A stretch of 64,000 nt of DNA from NCBI GenBank assembly GCA_039795775.1, contig JBDKLC010000005.1, positions 89,905 through 153,904 of the forward strand, written 5' to 3'. The stretch is from Candidatus Parcubacteria bacterium (GTDB taxonomy: Bacteria > Patescibacteriota > Minisyncoccia > Phycocordibacterales > CAIZLB01). Position 1 is the stretch's first letter; each line of letters begins with the position of its first letter. The position numbers and the translations under genes are program-made. The notes below the pieces were generated by a model, which made no database searches, had not been told where the DNA came from, and worked only from the letters and a program-made list of their open reading frames with translations. This document shows positions 8,691-18,693 of this stretch, piece after piece.

Positions 8691-11600
8691 TTAGGCAAGA
8701 GGCTTGATGGCATCTGCCATAAAGCTTGGGTTACCGTCTCGAGATGAGGTCTTGCCCTTGATCACGACACATCGGTCTACCTGAAGGATGTTTTTGTATT
8801 GTTCGTATGCTTTTGGAAATACTACAACTTCGATTGAGCCACTAAAGTCAGCGAGCCGCATGAACATCATTCGCACAGTTGGATCTTTCTTTGTAGCGAT
8901 TTCTTTTGCTTCTTCAATGATACCGGCAAGCACAATCTGTTTGCCTTCGTCTCGTTTTGGTTTGCCTCGGAACTTTGGTTTGTTTGCAGATGGTTTTGGG
9001 GCTGCTGGCTTTGATGGGAATGGCTCGGCGTCTGGATCAATCATGCCACTTTCGACGGCTGGTGCGAGAATTGCTTCTTCACCTGCTTTCTTTTTGTCTT
9101 CTTCTTCGATTTGTAGTTTTACTTTTGCAATATTGAGTTCTCGTGTTTTAAAAATTTCAGCGTATTTGTCGAGTGGGTGACCAGATACAAAGAGGCCGAG
9201 GAGTTCTTTTTCCCATGCGAGCTTTTCTGCAGGTTGAGCATGTCCTTCTTCTTTGAGTTTGAGATGCATGCCGTATTTATTTTTTGCTTTAGCTAGTTGT
9301 GTCTCTTCAGATTCCATCGCTGCAAAAGCACCAAAGAGTGATGTTTGATTTTCTGCCTGTTTGTGCTGTTCTTTGTTGTATTCCAAAAGGTCAGGGAGGT
9401 TTGCAAGCATCACACCTCGGTCACCGTATTCATCCATGGCACCAGATTTAATGAGAGCTTCGAGAGATTTTTTGTTGAGATTTTTATCTTTGATTCGATT
9501 GAGGAATTCTTCGAGTGTTTTGAATCGGCCGTTCTTTTTCCGTTCTTCGATGATAGTGTCAGCAATACCTTCGCCGAAGTTTTTAATACTATAGAGACCG
9601 AATCGGATTTTGTCCGGTTCGATGTCACCCTTTGCATTCATGCCACCACCTTTGATAACAGTAAATGTTCCAAATGATTCGTTGAGGTCAGGAGGAAGTA
9701 CGGCAAGATTCATTCGCTTACATTCAGCAATGTATTCGCCGATTTCGACAACATCGCCGTGCGCACCTGTAAGAATCGCCGCCATATAAATAGCAGGGAA
9801 GTTTGCTTTCATGTACGCAGTTTTGTACGCCACGTTTCCGTAACTCGCAGCATGCGCTTTGTTGAAGCCGTATCCCTGGAATGGTTCGAACAATTTCCAA
9901 ATATCTTCAGCCAACTTTTTTGAAATACCTGAATGTGAAATACAACCATCTACGAACTTTACATGTTGCTTTGCCATTTCTTCTGGAATCTTTTTTCCTA
10001 CCGCTTTTCGGAATTTGTCTACTTCTCCCCATGTATATCCAGCGAGTTCGATGGCGGTCATAAGAAGGTCATCCTGATATACGAGAAGACCGTATGTTCG
10101 ATCGAGGAAGGCTTTCATCTTTGGATGATAGAAAATAGTTTTGTGCTTGCCGTGTTTTCGAGCGATGTATTCGTCGATCGTTTCCATTGGCCCAGGTCGA
10201 TAGAGCGCTACCATTACGTTGATATCGTGGATGGTTGTTGGTTTGAGTTGTTTGAGAGCTTGTGTGATACCAGATCCTGAAAGCTGGAATACACCCGTCG
10301 TATCACCACGTGCGAGCATTTCGAATGTCTTTTTGTCGTCGAGAGGAATGAGATCGATGTCGAGTTTGATACCCTCAATCTTTTCTGTGAGGTCGAGTGC
10401 ATCGGCAAGCTGTGCCAAGTTTTTGAGACCGAGGAAGTCGAATTTCAAAAGACCGGCGTTTTCTTCATCCACTGATCGCATGTCGTACTGAGTAATGATG
10501 CGGCCTTCGCCTTTTGGATCGAGCTGTAGCGGTACTACTTCTGTAATAGGAATAGGAGCAATCACCACACCGGCAGCGTGTACAGAAATGTGTCGTGCAC
10601 AACCTTCGATCTTTTTTGCCATTTCAATAATTTTTTTGACATCGGCATCTTTGTCATAAATTTCTTTGAGTTCTGGTGTGTCTGCCAACGCTCGTTCAAT
10701 TGTCATTGGAAAACCTTGCTGACCCATTGGGATAAGCTTTGAAATTTTGTCACCGAGTGTGTATGGATATTTGAGAGCTCGCGCCACGTCTTTTACGGCA
10801 CCTCTGGCAGCCATGGTTCCGAATGTACCGATTTGCGCTACTTTGTCCTGACCGTATTTTTGTCGAGAGTAGGTGATCATTTCGTCTCGTCGGTTATCGG
10901 CGAAGTCCATGTCGATGTCTGGCGCTGAAGGTCGTTCTGGGTTCAAGAATCGTTCGAAAGGAAGATTGAAGGCGATTGGGTCTACGTTTGTAATACCAGT
11001 GAGGTACGTCACAATAGAGCCGGCTACTGATCCTCGAATGTTTGTAAGGATGCCGTGGTCGTATGCATATCGAAGAAGGTCAGCTACTACGAGGAAGTAT
11101 GGAGCGTACCCTTTATCTTTAATAACTTTGAGTTCATACTCGATTCGCTCTTTTACGGTGGCGTCGAGTTCCATTCGTCGTCGCTCGAGACCTGCGTACG
11201 TAAGATTGCGAAGTTCGTCGTCGGCAGGGAGTCCACTTTCTACAACGTATTCAGGAAAGAGCCATTTACCAAGCTCGATCTGAAGATTTATTTTTTCTAC
11301 AATCTTCTGACAGTTATCGAGTGCGTCAGGTGTGTCTTTAAATAATTCTTCTGCGCGTTCACTGGTTATAAATGAAAGGTCGGCGTTGTCTTCGGATGTT
11401 CGTTCACTGAATTGATCTTGAATAGCGAGAAGTGTTTGTCGAGCTTCTTTGTCATCAGCTTTTATATAGTACACATCGTGACCTGCAACAATCTGAATGT
11501 TTTCTTCACGAGCAAACGCAATAAGCTTTTCCATGATACCTTCGTGCTCTTCAATTTCAGGATGATGAGTGATTTCAATATAAAAATCATCCTTAAAAAT

Positions 11601-12092
11601 GTTTTTATAGTACTGTGCTATTTCACGTGCTCGGTCTATATTGCCAGCTTTGATAGCTTGAGTAATCTCGCCACTAAATGAAGGCATTATACAGAGAAGT
11701 CCGGTTGGATATTTTTCTATAAGTTCACGGTCAATTCGTGGTTTGTAATAAAAACCTTCGAAGAATGAGTCAGTAACGAGTTTGATGAGACTCTTGTAGC
11801 CAGACGCATCTTTTGCCAAAAGAAGGAGTCGAGTTCGGCGGTTGTCGATGCGTGGTTCTTTGTCGTGGCGAGTTCGAGCAGCAACATAAAAATCTACGCC
11901 GAGGATTGGTTTGATGTTCTGTTTTATACATTCTTTGTAAAACTGAATGGCACCGTACATGTTGCCGTTGTCAGTGAGAGCGACAGCTGGCATAGCATTA
12001 TCAATCGCAGCTTTTACCAACGCTTTTATTTTTGGAAGCGCTTGAAGGAGGCTGTAATGGCTATGAGTGTGGAGATGGACGAATCGTGACAT
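8691..12092 (-). CDS. dnaE: DNA polymerase III alpha subunit
   Basis: PHP domain HLHTHSHYSLL, PDIDMDF, HAAGVVI, GFNKAHA, C-terminal OB fold. Confidence 0.97.
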   Translation of the reverse strand: MSRFVHLHTHSHYSLLQALPKIKALVKAAIDNAMPAVALTDNGNMYGAIQFYKECIKQNIKPILGVDFYVAARTRHDKEPRIDNRRTRLLLLAKDASGYKSLIKLVTDSFFEGFYYKPRIDRELIEKYPTGLLCIMPSFSGEITQAIKAGNIDRAREIAQYYKNIFKDDFYIEITHHPEIEEHEGIMEKLIAFAREENIQIVAGHDVYYIKADDKEARQTLLAIQDQFSERTSEDNADLSFITSERAEELFKDTPDALDNCQKIVEKINLQIELGKWLFPEYVVESGLPADDELRNLTYAGLERRRMELDATVKERIEYELKVIKDKGYAPYFLVVADLLRYAYDHGILTNIRGSVAGSIVTYLTGITNVDPIAFNLPFERFLNPERPSAPDIDMDFADNRRDEMITYSRQKYGQDKVAQIGTFGTMAARGAVKDVARALKYPYTLGDKISKLIPMGQQGFPMTIERALADTPELKEIYDKDADVKKIIEMAKKIEGCARHISVHAAGVVIAPIPITEVVPLQLDPKGEGRIITQYDMRSVDEENAGLLKFDFLGLKNLAQLADALDLTEKIEGIKLDIDLIPLDDKKTFEMLARGDTTGVFQLSGSGITQALKQLKPTTIHDINVMVALYRPGPMETIDEYIARKHGKHKTIFYHPKMKAFLDRTYGLLVYQDDLLMTAIELAGYTWGEVDKFRKAVGKKIPEEMAKQHVKFVDGCISHSGISKKLAEDIWKLFEPFQGYGFNKAHAASYGNVAYKTAYMKANFPAIYMAAILTGAHGDVVEIGEYIAECKRMNLAVLPPDLNESFGTFTVIKGGGMNAKGDIEPDKIRFGLYSIKNFGEGIADTIIEERKKNGRFKTLEEFLNRIKDKNLNKKSLEALIKSGAMDEYGDRGVMLANLPDLLEYNKEQHKQAENQTSLFGAFAAMESEETQLAKAKNKYGMHLKLKEEGHAQPAEKLAWEKELLGLFVSGHPLDKYAEIFKTRELNIAKVKLQIEEEDKKKAGEEAILAPAVESGMIDPDAEPFPSKPAAPKPSANKPKFRGKPKRDEGKQIVLAGIIEEAKEIATKKDPTVRMMFMRLADFSGSIEVVVFPKAYEQYKNILQVDRCVVIKGKTSSRDGNPSFMADAIKPLA

Positions 12093-12121
12093 AAAATAGA
12101 TAATGACATTATAGATTTTTT

Positions 12122-12814
12122 ATGAAGAAAAACCAAAAAAGGCCAGAACTAAGGAGATTTAAGTGGCTCGTGGGGATAGATGAAGTGGGAAGAGGGCCAC
12201 TTGCAGGACCTGTGGCTGTTTGTGCTTCCTTAGTTCGATTTGATGATTTGAGAAAAGATTCAGGAAAAATTAATGCAAGTCTGAGAAAGCTGATGAAATT
12301 TTCTTCATCTTTGAAACTCACTGATTCAAAAAAATTGTCTTTGAAACAGCGCGGTGAATGGTTTGATGTATTAAAGTCCTCTGAAAAAGGTGGACATATA
12401 TATTTTTCTCTCGAGTATGCGTCTGCTCAAACAATTGATGCAAAGGGAATTGCTGTGTGTATCAAATCATTGGTGAATAAAAATTTAAAAAAACTTCAAA
12501 AGAAAATAAACTTTTCATATGATGATGTGCTTGTGTTGCTTGATGGCGGTCTCAAAGCCCCGACAGAATTCATTCATCAAGAAACGATTATTAAAGGTGA
12601 TGAAAAAGAGGCTATTATTTCGTATGCGTCTATCATTGCAAAAGTTAGTCGTGATGAATACATGAAAAAACTCTCAAAAAAGTATCCTGAATACGGGTTT
12701 GATATACATAAAGGGTATGGGACTCTTGCACATCGGATAGCAATTCAAAAAAATGGTGTAAGTAATGAACATCGTGTTTCGTTTCTGTCTTCAATCATAG
12801 GTAGTATGAAATAA
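12122..12814 (+). CDS. rnhB: Ribonuclease HII
   Basis: GIDEVGRGPLAGPV, DSKKLS, IIKGD, ASIIAKV.RD, HKGYGT. Confidence 0.96.
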   Translation: MKKNQKRPELRRFKWLVGIDEVGRGPLAGPVAVCASLVRFDDLRKDSGKINASLRKLMKFSSSLKLTDSKKLSLKQRGEWFDVLKSSEKGGHIYFSLEYASAQTIDAKGIAVCIKSLVNKNLKKLQKKINFSYDDVLVLLDGGLKAPTEFIHQETIIKGDEKEAIISYASIIAKVSRDEYMKKLSKKYPEYGFDIHKGYGTLAHRIAIQKNGVSNEHRVSFLSSIIGSMK

Positions 12815-12965
12815 AGCTCAAGACTGGACTCGCCGTTTAAAAGGTGTAGAATTTTCGGTAGAAAAAGAAAGAGGCCAAATTTGCAAAGATGAGGCATATT
12901 TCTTTTTATGTGGAAAACCGTATGTGGCAACATACACAACATAACCGCGTGCTCTTTAAACTATC

Positions 12966-13706
12966 ATGTCTAGAATTACGAATGTCACAGCTGTTGCTGG
13001 AGATCAACTCAAAACTGTCGAACAACTCACCGCGCTGCATCCACTTGTGGAACATCCCAAAGGTTTCGAATCGAAATACAAGGTCCGCGTTGCTCGCCGA
13101 AAGGAAAACGGCCGACCAAATTTCATCACGTCGCCGCAAGCCGACCAGCCAACTCACGAACCTATCTATGACTGGTATCGGACGCTGGTTATCCTGCGTT
13201 CCGAAAAAGTTCATAGCAAAGGGGACACGAAGGTTCCTAAACTCGTGCATCTCAAACCAGTGGAGGACAGCAATCCGTTGCTTTACCTGCCGAACTTCTA
13301 CACCGAAGGTGTCCGGAACTCGGAGGTGAGCGAAAGCGTAGCCTATATCCAAGCGAAGCTCCACATTATACCGGGCCTTGTGGAACTGGTGAAAGACCTC
13401 ACCTTCAAGGGTGAAGAGAGTTTGCGCGTCGCAGCTATGGTGGCTCAGAATTTCTCGGGCCGGGTAGCCAGCGGTGCGCATGTGAAGTTGATGGAACATT
13501 CCTATACTCTTCAGTTTGAACCTCTGACCAAGGAACTCATCGCCGGTTTCAACATCGTCGATCTCGACGTTCTCTTGTCCGTCGTCACACATCTCGCCAA
13601 ACATCCGGATTACAAAACGCCTTTCCGGGGGCTCAAGACTGCCATTGCGGCCGCCAAAAAAGTGCGCGCTGGTGAAGCGCGCTCTACTACAAAGGCGGCC
13701 GCCTAA
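12966..13706 (+). CDS. Hypothetical protein (orphan transcription unit)
   Basis: 246-aa ATG ORF with an upstream promoter-like TAGAAT, a leader and its own terminator. Codon usage differs from its neighbours. Confidence 0.7.
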   Translation: MSRITNVTAVAGDQLKTVEQLTALHPLVEHPKGFESKYKVRVARRKENGRPNFITSPQADQPTHEPIYDWYRTLVILRSEKVHSKGDTKVPKLVHLKPVEDSNPLLYLPNFYTEGVRNSEVSESVAYIQAKLHIIPGLVELVKDLTFKGEESLRVAAMVAQNFSGRVASGAHVKLMEHSYTLQFEPLTKELIAGFNIVDLDVLLSVVTHLAKHPDYKTPFRGLKTAIAAAKKVRAGEARSTTKAAA

Positions 13707-13731
13707 CCATGGCCGTCTACAAGAATATCAG

Positions 13732-13775
13732 TGTCCGCGAAGGCCTATCCAGGCCCTCGCGGACATTTCTTTTTA
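13732..13775 (+). terminator. Intrinsic terminator
   Basis: TGTCCGCGAAGGCCT-atcc-AGGCCCTCGCGGACA followed by TTTCTTTTT. Confidence 0.8.
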
Positions 13776-13892
13776 TAGGAAACCTTAAAACGCCCCAGGA
13801 ACATATAAGAGAAGAGCCTGTTCAGTATCCAGTCATAGCGCCCTGTAGGGGCCTCCCTTGCGAATTTCAATAAAAAATGTATACTGGGTCAC

Positions 13893-14165
13893 ATGGTAAA
13901 CCACATGCGTCACACAAAAGGGCATACCCGAAATCGACGAAGTCATCATTCTCTCAAAGCGATGGGTGTGATTCTTTGTGAAAGTTGCGGTAGTCCTCGA
14001 CAAAAGCACGTTGCTTGTCCAAAATGCGGAACTTATAAGGGAAATAAAGTTATTGACCACAAGGCAAAAGCAGATAAGAAAATCGCAAAGAAGCAAGCAG
14101 CAGATGCTCCAAAAGAAGTAAAGGCTCCAAAAGCAAAAGCTAAGTCAGCTAAAAAGACAAAATAA
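13893..14165 (+). CDS. rpmF: 50S ribosomal protein L32 with K/A-rich tail
   Basis: RHTKGHTRNRRSH, CESC...HVACPKCGTYKG. Confidence 0.93.
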   Translation: MVNHMRHTKGHTRNRRSHHSLKAMGVILCESCGSPRQKHVACPKCGTYKGNKVIDHKAKADKKIAKKQAADAPKEVKAPKAKAKSAKKTK

Positions 14166-14207
14166 TAAAACGGAAAGTAGGCAAGGATAGAATTTTGAAA
14201 AAAATAT

Positions 14208-15110
14208 ATGGCCAACAGGCACCTCTCACGATCAATCGTTATGCAATCCCTCTTCGAGTGGGATTTTGGTAGTCTTGCGGATTCATCTATTTCAGATATT
14301 CTTGTTCGAAATGCGGAAGAGTTCGCTCCTGGTATGAGCGACTTTTCTTTTATGAAAAATTTGGCTGATGGCGTTATCAAAAAACGACCAGACCTTGACT
14401 CTATTATTGAAAAGGCCGCTCCTGAATGGCCAATCAAAAAAATATCAACAGTAGACCGAAACGTCCTCCGACTTGGTCTGTATGAGCTTCTCTTTGCTGA
14501 TAAAAAAGAAGTACCAGCAAAAGTAGCTATCAACGAATCTATTGAACTTGCAAAGACATTCGGTGGCGAGACTTCTGGTAAATTCGTAAACGGCGTACTT
14601 GGTGCCGTCTACAAAGAAATGGGCGAGCCGGGCAAAGACGAAATTTCTCCTCGAAAAAACAAAGGCCGACAAGATATTCCATTTGAAGAAATGCCAATTA
14701 AGGCGCTTGGTGGGTCTGTTGTGTATGCAAAACATGAAGGCCAGTATTACCTCGCGCTCGTTCACGATGTATTCGGTCACTGGACCCTTTCAAAAGGAAA
14801 GCTCGAAGCTGGTGAAGATGTACAGCAGGGAACAATCCGAGAAATCAAAGAAGAACTTGGTCTCGATATTGTTCTCGAAGAAGAACTCGCAAAAAACGAG
14901 TACGTTGCATCTCATCCAGAAGAAGGTAAGATCCGAAAACAAGTTACTTATTTCTTAGGAAAAGCTGAATACGGCGACCTCACACTCGGTACAAGTGGAG
15001 GACTCGACGATGCTCAGTGGTTTAAGGTACAGGACATCCTTACTCTCAATTTCTATAACGACATTTTGCCTATTGTTACAAAGGCAATCAACATTTTGCT
15101 TAAAAAATAA
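14208..15110 (+). CDS. nusB: Transcription antitermination factor NusB fused to a NUDIX hydrolase domain
   Basis: N-terminal RHLSR...VDRNVLRLG...VAINESIELAK.FG...FVNGVLG; C-terminal Nudix box GKLEAGEDVQQGTIREIKEELGL. Confidence 0.92.
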   Translation: MANRHLSRSIVMQSLFEWDFGSLADSSISDILVRNAEEFAPGMSDFSFMKNLADGVIKKRPDLDSIIEKAAPEWPIKKISTVDRNVLRLGLYELLFADKKEVPAKVAINESIELAKTFGGETSGKFVNGVLGAVYKEMGEPGKDEISPRKNKGRQDIPFEEMPIKALGGSVVYAKHEGQYYLALVHDVFGHWTLSKGKLEAGEDVQQGTIREIKEELGLDIVLEEELAKNEYVASHPEEGKIRKQVTYFLGKAEYGDLTLGTSGGLDDAQWFKVQDILTLNFYNDILPIVTKAINILLKK

Positions 15111-15141
15111 ACTATGATAGGGTTGGTCCGTCATACATATT

Positions 15142-15828
15142 ATGGATTTCTCAGTATTCGAAAAAAGCATAAAAGTAGAGTTTAAAGATAAAGGTCTTCT
15201 CAAACAGGCCTTTATTCACCGTTCATATATCAACGAAAATCGAGGTCTCAAACTCGAACACAACGAACGTCTCGAATTCCTCGGGGATGCTGTACTTGAA
15301 CTTGTTATTACAGATTACCTTTATCACAAATATCCAGGTAAACCAGAAGGCGAGCTTACTGCATACCGATCGTCATTGGTGAATTCAAATACACTTGCAG
15401 CAGCTGCTGAAAGAATTGGTGTGAACTCATTCTTACTCCTTTCACGAGGCGAAGCAAAAGATACAGGCCGAGCACGACAGTATATTCTTGCGAATACATT
15501 TGAAGCTCTTATTGGTTCTATTTATCTCGACCAAGGATATGGAGCTGCAGAAAAATTCATATCAGATCATTTGTTCGGTCTCATCGATGATATCGTCTCA
15601 AAGAAGACATTTATCGACGCAAAGAGTCGATTTCAAGAAGTTGCTCAGGAAAAAGTTGGTGTAACACCCGCATACAAACTCATCAAAGAATCAGGTCCAG
15701 ATCACAACAAAATCTTTACAGTTGGTGTATTTTTGTCTGAGGAAAAGGTAGCTGCAGGTGACGGTAAATCTAAGCAAGAAGCTGAGCAAAAAGCAGCCGA
15801 AAAAGCTCTCCAAGTAAAAGGCTGGTAG
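15142..15828 (+). CDS. rnc: Ribonuclease III
   Basis: HNERLEFLGDAVL signature and C-terminal dsRBD. Confidence 0.97.
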   Translation: MDFSVFEKSIKVEFKDKGLLKQAFIHRSYINENRGLKLEHNERLEFLGDAVLELVITDYLYHKYPGKPEGELTAYRSSLVNSNTLAAAAERIGVNSFLLLSRGEAKDTGRARQYILANTFEALIGSIYLDQGYGAAEKFISDHLFGLIDDIVSKKTFIDAKSRFQEVAQEKVGVTPAYKLIKESGPDHNKIFTVGVFLSEEKVAAGDGKSKQEAEQKAAEKALQVKGW

Positions 15829-15832
15829 CCGT

Positions 15833-15858
15833 AGCCCCATCGCTGGGGCTTTTTGTTT
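15833..15858. terminator. Intrinsic terminator
   Basis: AGCCCCA-TCGC-TGGGGCT followed by TTTTGTTT. Confidence 0.8.
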
Positions 15859-15861
15859 ACA

Positions 15862-16023
15862 TTACTTTTTTGACTCTTTTTGGTTCTGTTCGAATTTCCA
15901 CTTTCGAATCAATGTTCGAAAAAACTCGCTCACAGAGTTGTAACCTCCATTTTTGACTTCTTCTTCGATGATCTCGATTAATTGTTGAGGTAGAGATATG
16001 TGGATTGTGTTTCTTTTTTTCAT
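15862..16023 (-). CDS. 53-aa ribbon-helix-helix (CopG/ParD-like) protein
   Basis: Below the track cutoff. MKKRNTIHISLPQQLIEIIEEEVKNGGYNSVSEFFRTLIRKWKFEQNQKESKK shows the I.ISLP...G.Y.S.SEF.R.LIR pattern. Confidence 0.8.
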   Translation of the reverse strand: MKKRNTIHISLPQQLIEIIEEEVKNGGYNSVSEFFRTLIRKWKFEQNQKESKK

Positions 16024-16418
16024 AATACATAGGTGGAGATACTAATAGGTTGGAACTTGCTTGTAGATCTTACAGGTATGTTTTTTTCGTGTTTTTTCAC
16101 TGTGTCATTGAATGTAGTGGCTCTGCCATCTAGATAACACCTAGATGGTTCATCTGTGTCAAATTGTGTCACGGTGCTCAGATTGAAGTTTTTGTTGAAT
16201 TAAAAAGTTAAATTTAAAGCTTCTACTTAAATTCAAAAAAATCAGAACACAAAGTAAACTGTAGAATCTCTCTCATTAAGCAAACATAAAATATTTATAA
16301 TATAATCATAAAATTTAACAAAAACTGATCTACTTGTGAAAAATTCAGTAAAACTTTATACAATGTTTATTACACTTTATAACGTGCGTTTCTGACCGTT
16401 TTTTTGTAGAATTAAAGG

Positions 16419-18689
16419 GTGAATCTCAAATCTCTCGAAATCAACGGCTTTAAATCGTTCGCCAAAAAAGGAGCACTCAGCTTCAATTCTTCAATTACAT
16501 CTATTGTAGGGCCAAACGGCTCGGGTAAATCAAACGTGGCTGAATCATTCCGATTCGTGCTTGGAGAACAATCCATCAAGTCTATGCGAGGAAAGAAAGG
16601 CGAGGACCTTATCTTCAACGGTGGAAAAGATACACCTCGATCAAATAGAGCATCTGTAAAGCTCGTTTTTGATAACACCCATCGAATGTTCAATGTCGAC
16701 TTCGAAGAAGTAGCCCTCGAACGTGTGGTACATCGAGACGGAGTTAATGAATATTTTATAAACGGCTCTCAGGTGCGTCTCAAGGATGTTGTTGAGCTTC
16801 TTGCGCATGCAAACATTGGCGCGTCAGGCCACCATATCATTTCACAAGGTGAAGCTGACCGACTCCTTTCTGCACAGCCACGAGAACGACGAGAAATGAT
16901 CGAAGACGCACTCGGTCTCAAGGTCTATCAATACAAAAAAGATGAAAGTGAAAAGAAACTCCAAAAGACAGCACAACACATCAAAGAAGTTGAATCACTC
17001 CGACGAGAAATTGCTCCACACATTAAGTTTTTGAAAAAGCAGGTAGAAAAAATTGAGAAGGCAATTTTGCTCCGACAGGAACTTACAGATTTATATAAAG
17101 AATACTTCAAACACGAAGACGCATACGTGAAGTATGAAAAAGCTGCGATTGCTGAAGAAAAAGTAAAACCTTCAGAAGAGTTGCACAAACTCCAACTCGA
17201 GCTTGCAGAGCACAAAGCATCACTCGCTGAAGCTCAAAAAGAACATGCAAAAAGTTCTGAGCTTTTTACACTTGAATCAAAAATCAGAGAAACTCGAGCA
17301 AAGAAGGACTCGCTCACTCGAGAATTAGGACGACTTGAAGGGGAAATGGCGTATCTCAAACGTCTCATTGAAAAACGCCTTCACGAAGCCGCGCAGTCAA
17401 ACAATAAGCAGATTTATCTATCTGAAGTAGAACAATTGAGTAAAGAGATTGATGCAAAAATTGCGTATTCGCTCACTATCGAAGATACAGCGACACTCAA
17501 AGCAACAATGTCAGAAATCCGAGATCTTTTTGGATCATTTTTGTCTCATCACAAGACTGCCGAAGTGAGCTCTTCAAACGACGAAGAAAGAGAAATAGAG
17601 CAAATCAGTCACAAGATGAAGGATCTCTCAAAAAATCTTGAAATAGTTGGTCAGGAAGAAACATCACAAGCAGCAGAGTACGCACAAATCAAATCAGATA
17701 TTGATGCAGAAAAAGATAAAAACGTAGAGTCAGAAAAAGCCATCCTTCGTATTATGTCTCGACAGAACGAACTTCACGGAGAGCTTCAGATAATCAAAGC
17801 ACGAGAAGAACGAATTCGAATTGAAGATGAAGAATTTAAACGAGAACTTCATGAAGCTGCAATGCTCGTTGGACGTGAAGCTATTGCCTATGAAGCTGTT
17901 CTCGCACATTCATCAACTCCAGAAGAACGACATGCGCAATCAGAACGAAGACGAACTGTAGAAAAAATAAAAATTCGACTCGAAGAAAACGGCGGTGCTG
18001 GTGGCGATGACGTCATGAAAGAATTCAAAGAAGCAGAAGAACGAGATATGTTCCTCGCTCGTGAACTTACAGACCTCGAAACGTCTGCTGCTACATTAAA
18101 TGGCATGATCACAGAGCTCACTGGAAAACTTGATGAAATGTTCAAGGAAGGTATCAAAAAAATTAACACAGAATTCGAACGATTCTTCAAACTGATGTTC
18201 GGAGGAGGTGAAGCACGACTCGACCTTGTAAAAGAAGAAAAGAAACGACGAAAGAAGTCAGATGATGATTCAGATGACGAACTCACGTCAGCTCTCCTCG
18301 AGGCATCTGCTGCAGATGATGACGAACCAGTACAAGAAGGTATTGATATTCACGTAGCGCTTCCACACAAGCGTACAAAGGGCCTTATGATGCTTTCAGG
18401 AGGAGAACGAGCCCTCACATCTATCGCACTCTTATTTGCAATGTCACAGGTGAACCCGCCTCCATTTATTATTCTCGACGAAACAGACGCCGCGCTCGAT
18501 GAAGCAAACTCTCGAAAGTACGGCGATATGATCGTTTCTCTCTCAAAACACTCTCAGCTCATTCTTATTACTCACAACCGAGAAACAATGTCGCGAGCTG
18601 GAGTTATCTACGGAGTAACAATGGGTAGTGAAGGATATTCAAAACTTCTCTCTATCGCATTCGAAGAAGCAGTAGCAGTAGCAAAATAG
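16419..18689 (+). CDS. smc: SMC-family ATPase (short, no recognisable hinge)
   Basis: GFKSF, GPNGSGKSN, LSGGE, ILDETDAALD and ITH motifs; coiled coil; only 756 aa. Confidence 0.9.
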   Translation: MNLKSLEINGFKSFAKKGALSFNSSITSIVGPNGSGKSNVAESFRFVLGEQSIKSMRGKKGEDLIFNGGKDTPRSNRASVKLVFDNTHRMFNVDFEEVALERVVHRDGVNEYFINGSQVRLKDVVELLAHANIGASGHHIISQGEADRLLSAQPRERREMIEDALGLKVYQYKKDESEKKLQKTAQHIKEVESLRREIAPHIKFLKKQVEKIEKAILLRQELTDLYKEYFKHEDAYVKYEKAAIAEEKVKPSEELHKLQLELAEHKASLAEAQKEHAKSSELFTLESKIRETRAKKDSLTRELGRLEGEMAYLKRLIEKRLHEAAQSNNKQIYLSEVEQLSKEIDAKIAYSLTIEDTATLKATMSEIRDLFGSFLSHHKTAEVSSSNDEEREIEQISHKMKDLSKNLEIVGQEETSQAAEYAQIKSDIDAEKDKNVESEKAILRIMSRQNELHGELQIIKAREERIRIEDEEFKRELHEAAMLVGREAIAYEAVLAHSSTPEERHAQSERRRTVEKIKIRLEENGGAGGDDVMKEFKEAEERDMFLARELTDLETSAATLNGMITELTGKLDEMFKEGIKKINTEFERFFKLMFGGGEARLDLVKEEKKRRKKSDDDSDDELTSALLEASAADDDEPVQEGIDIHVALPHKRTKGLMMLSGGERALTSIALLFAMSQVNPPPFIILDETDAALDEANSRKYGDMIVSLSKHSQLILITHNRETMSRAGVIYGVTMGSEGYSKLLSIAFEEAVAVAK

Positions 18690-18693
18690 TTAC

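Noticed and set aside
12906-13604. 232-aa minus-strand ORF
   Set aside because: It is the antisense shadow of 12966-13706, which has the promoter, leader and terminator on the plus strand.
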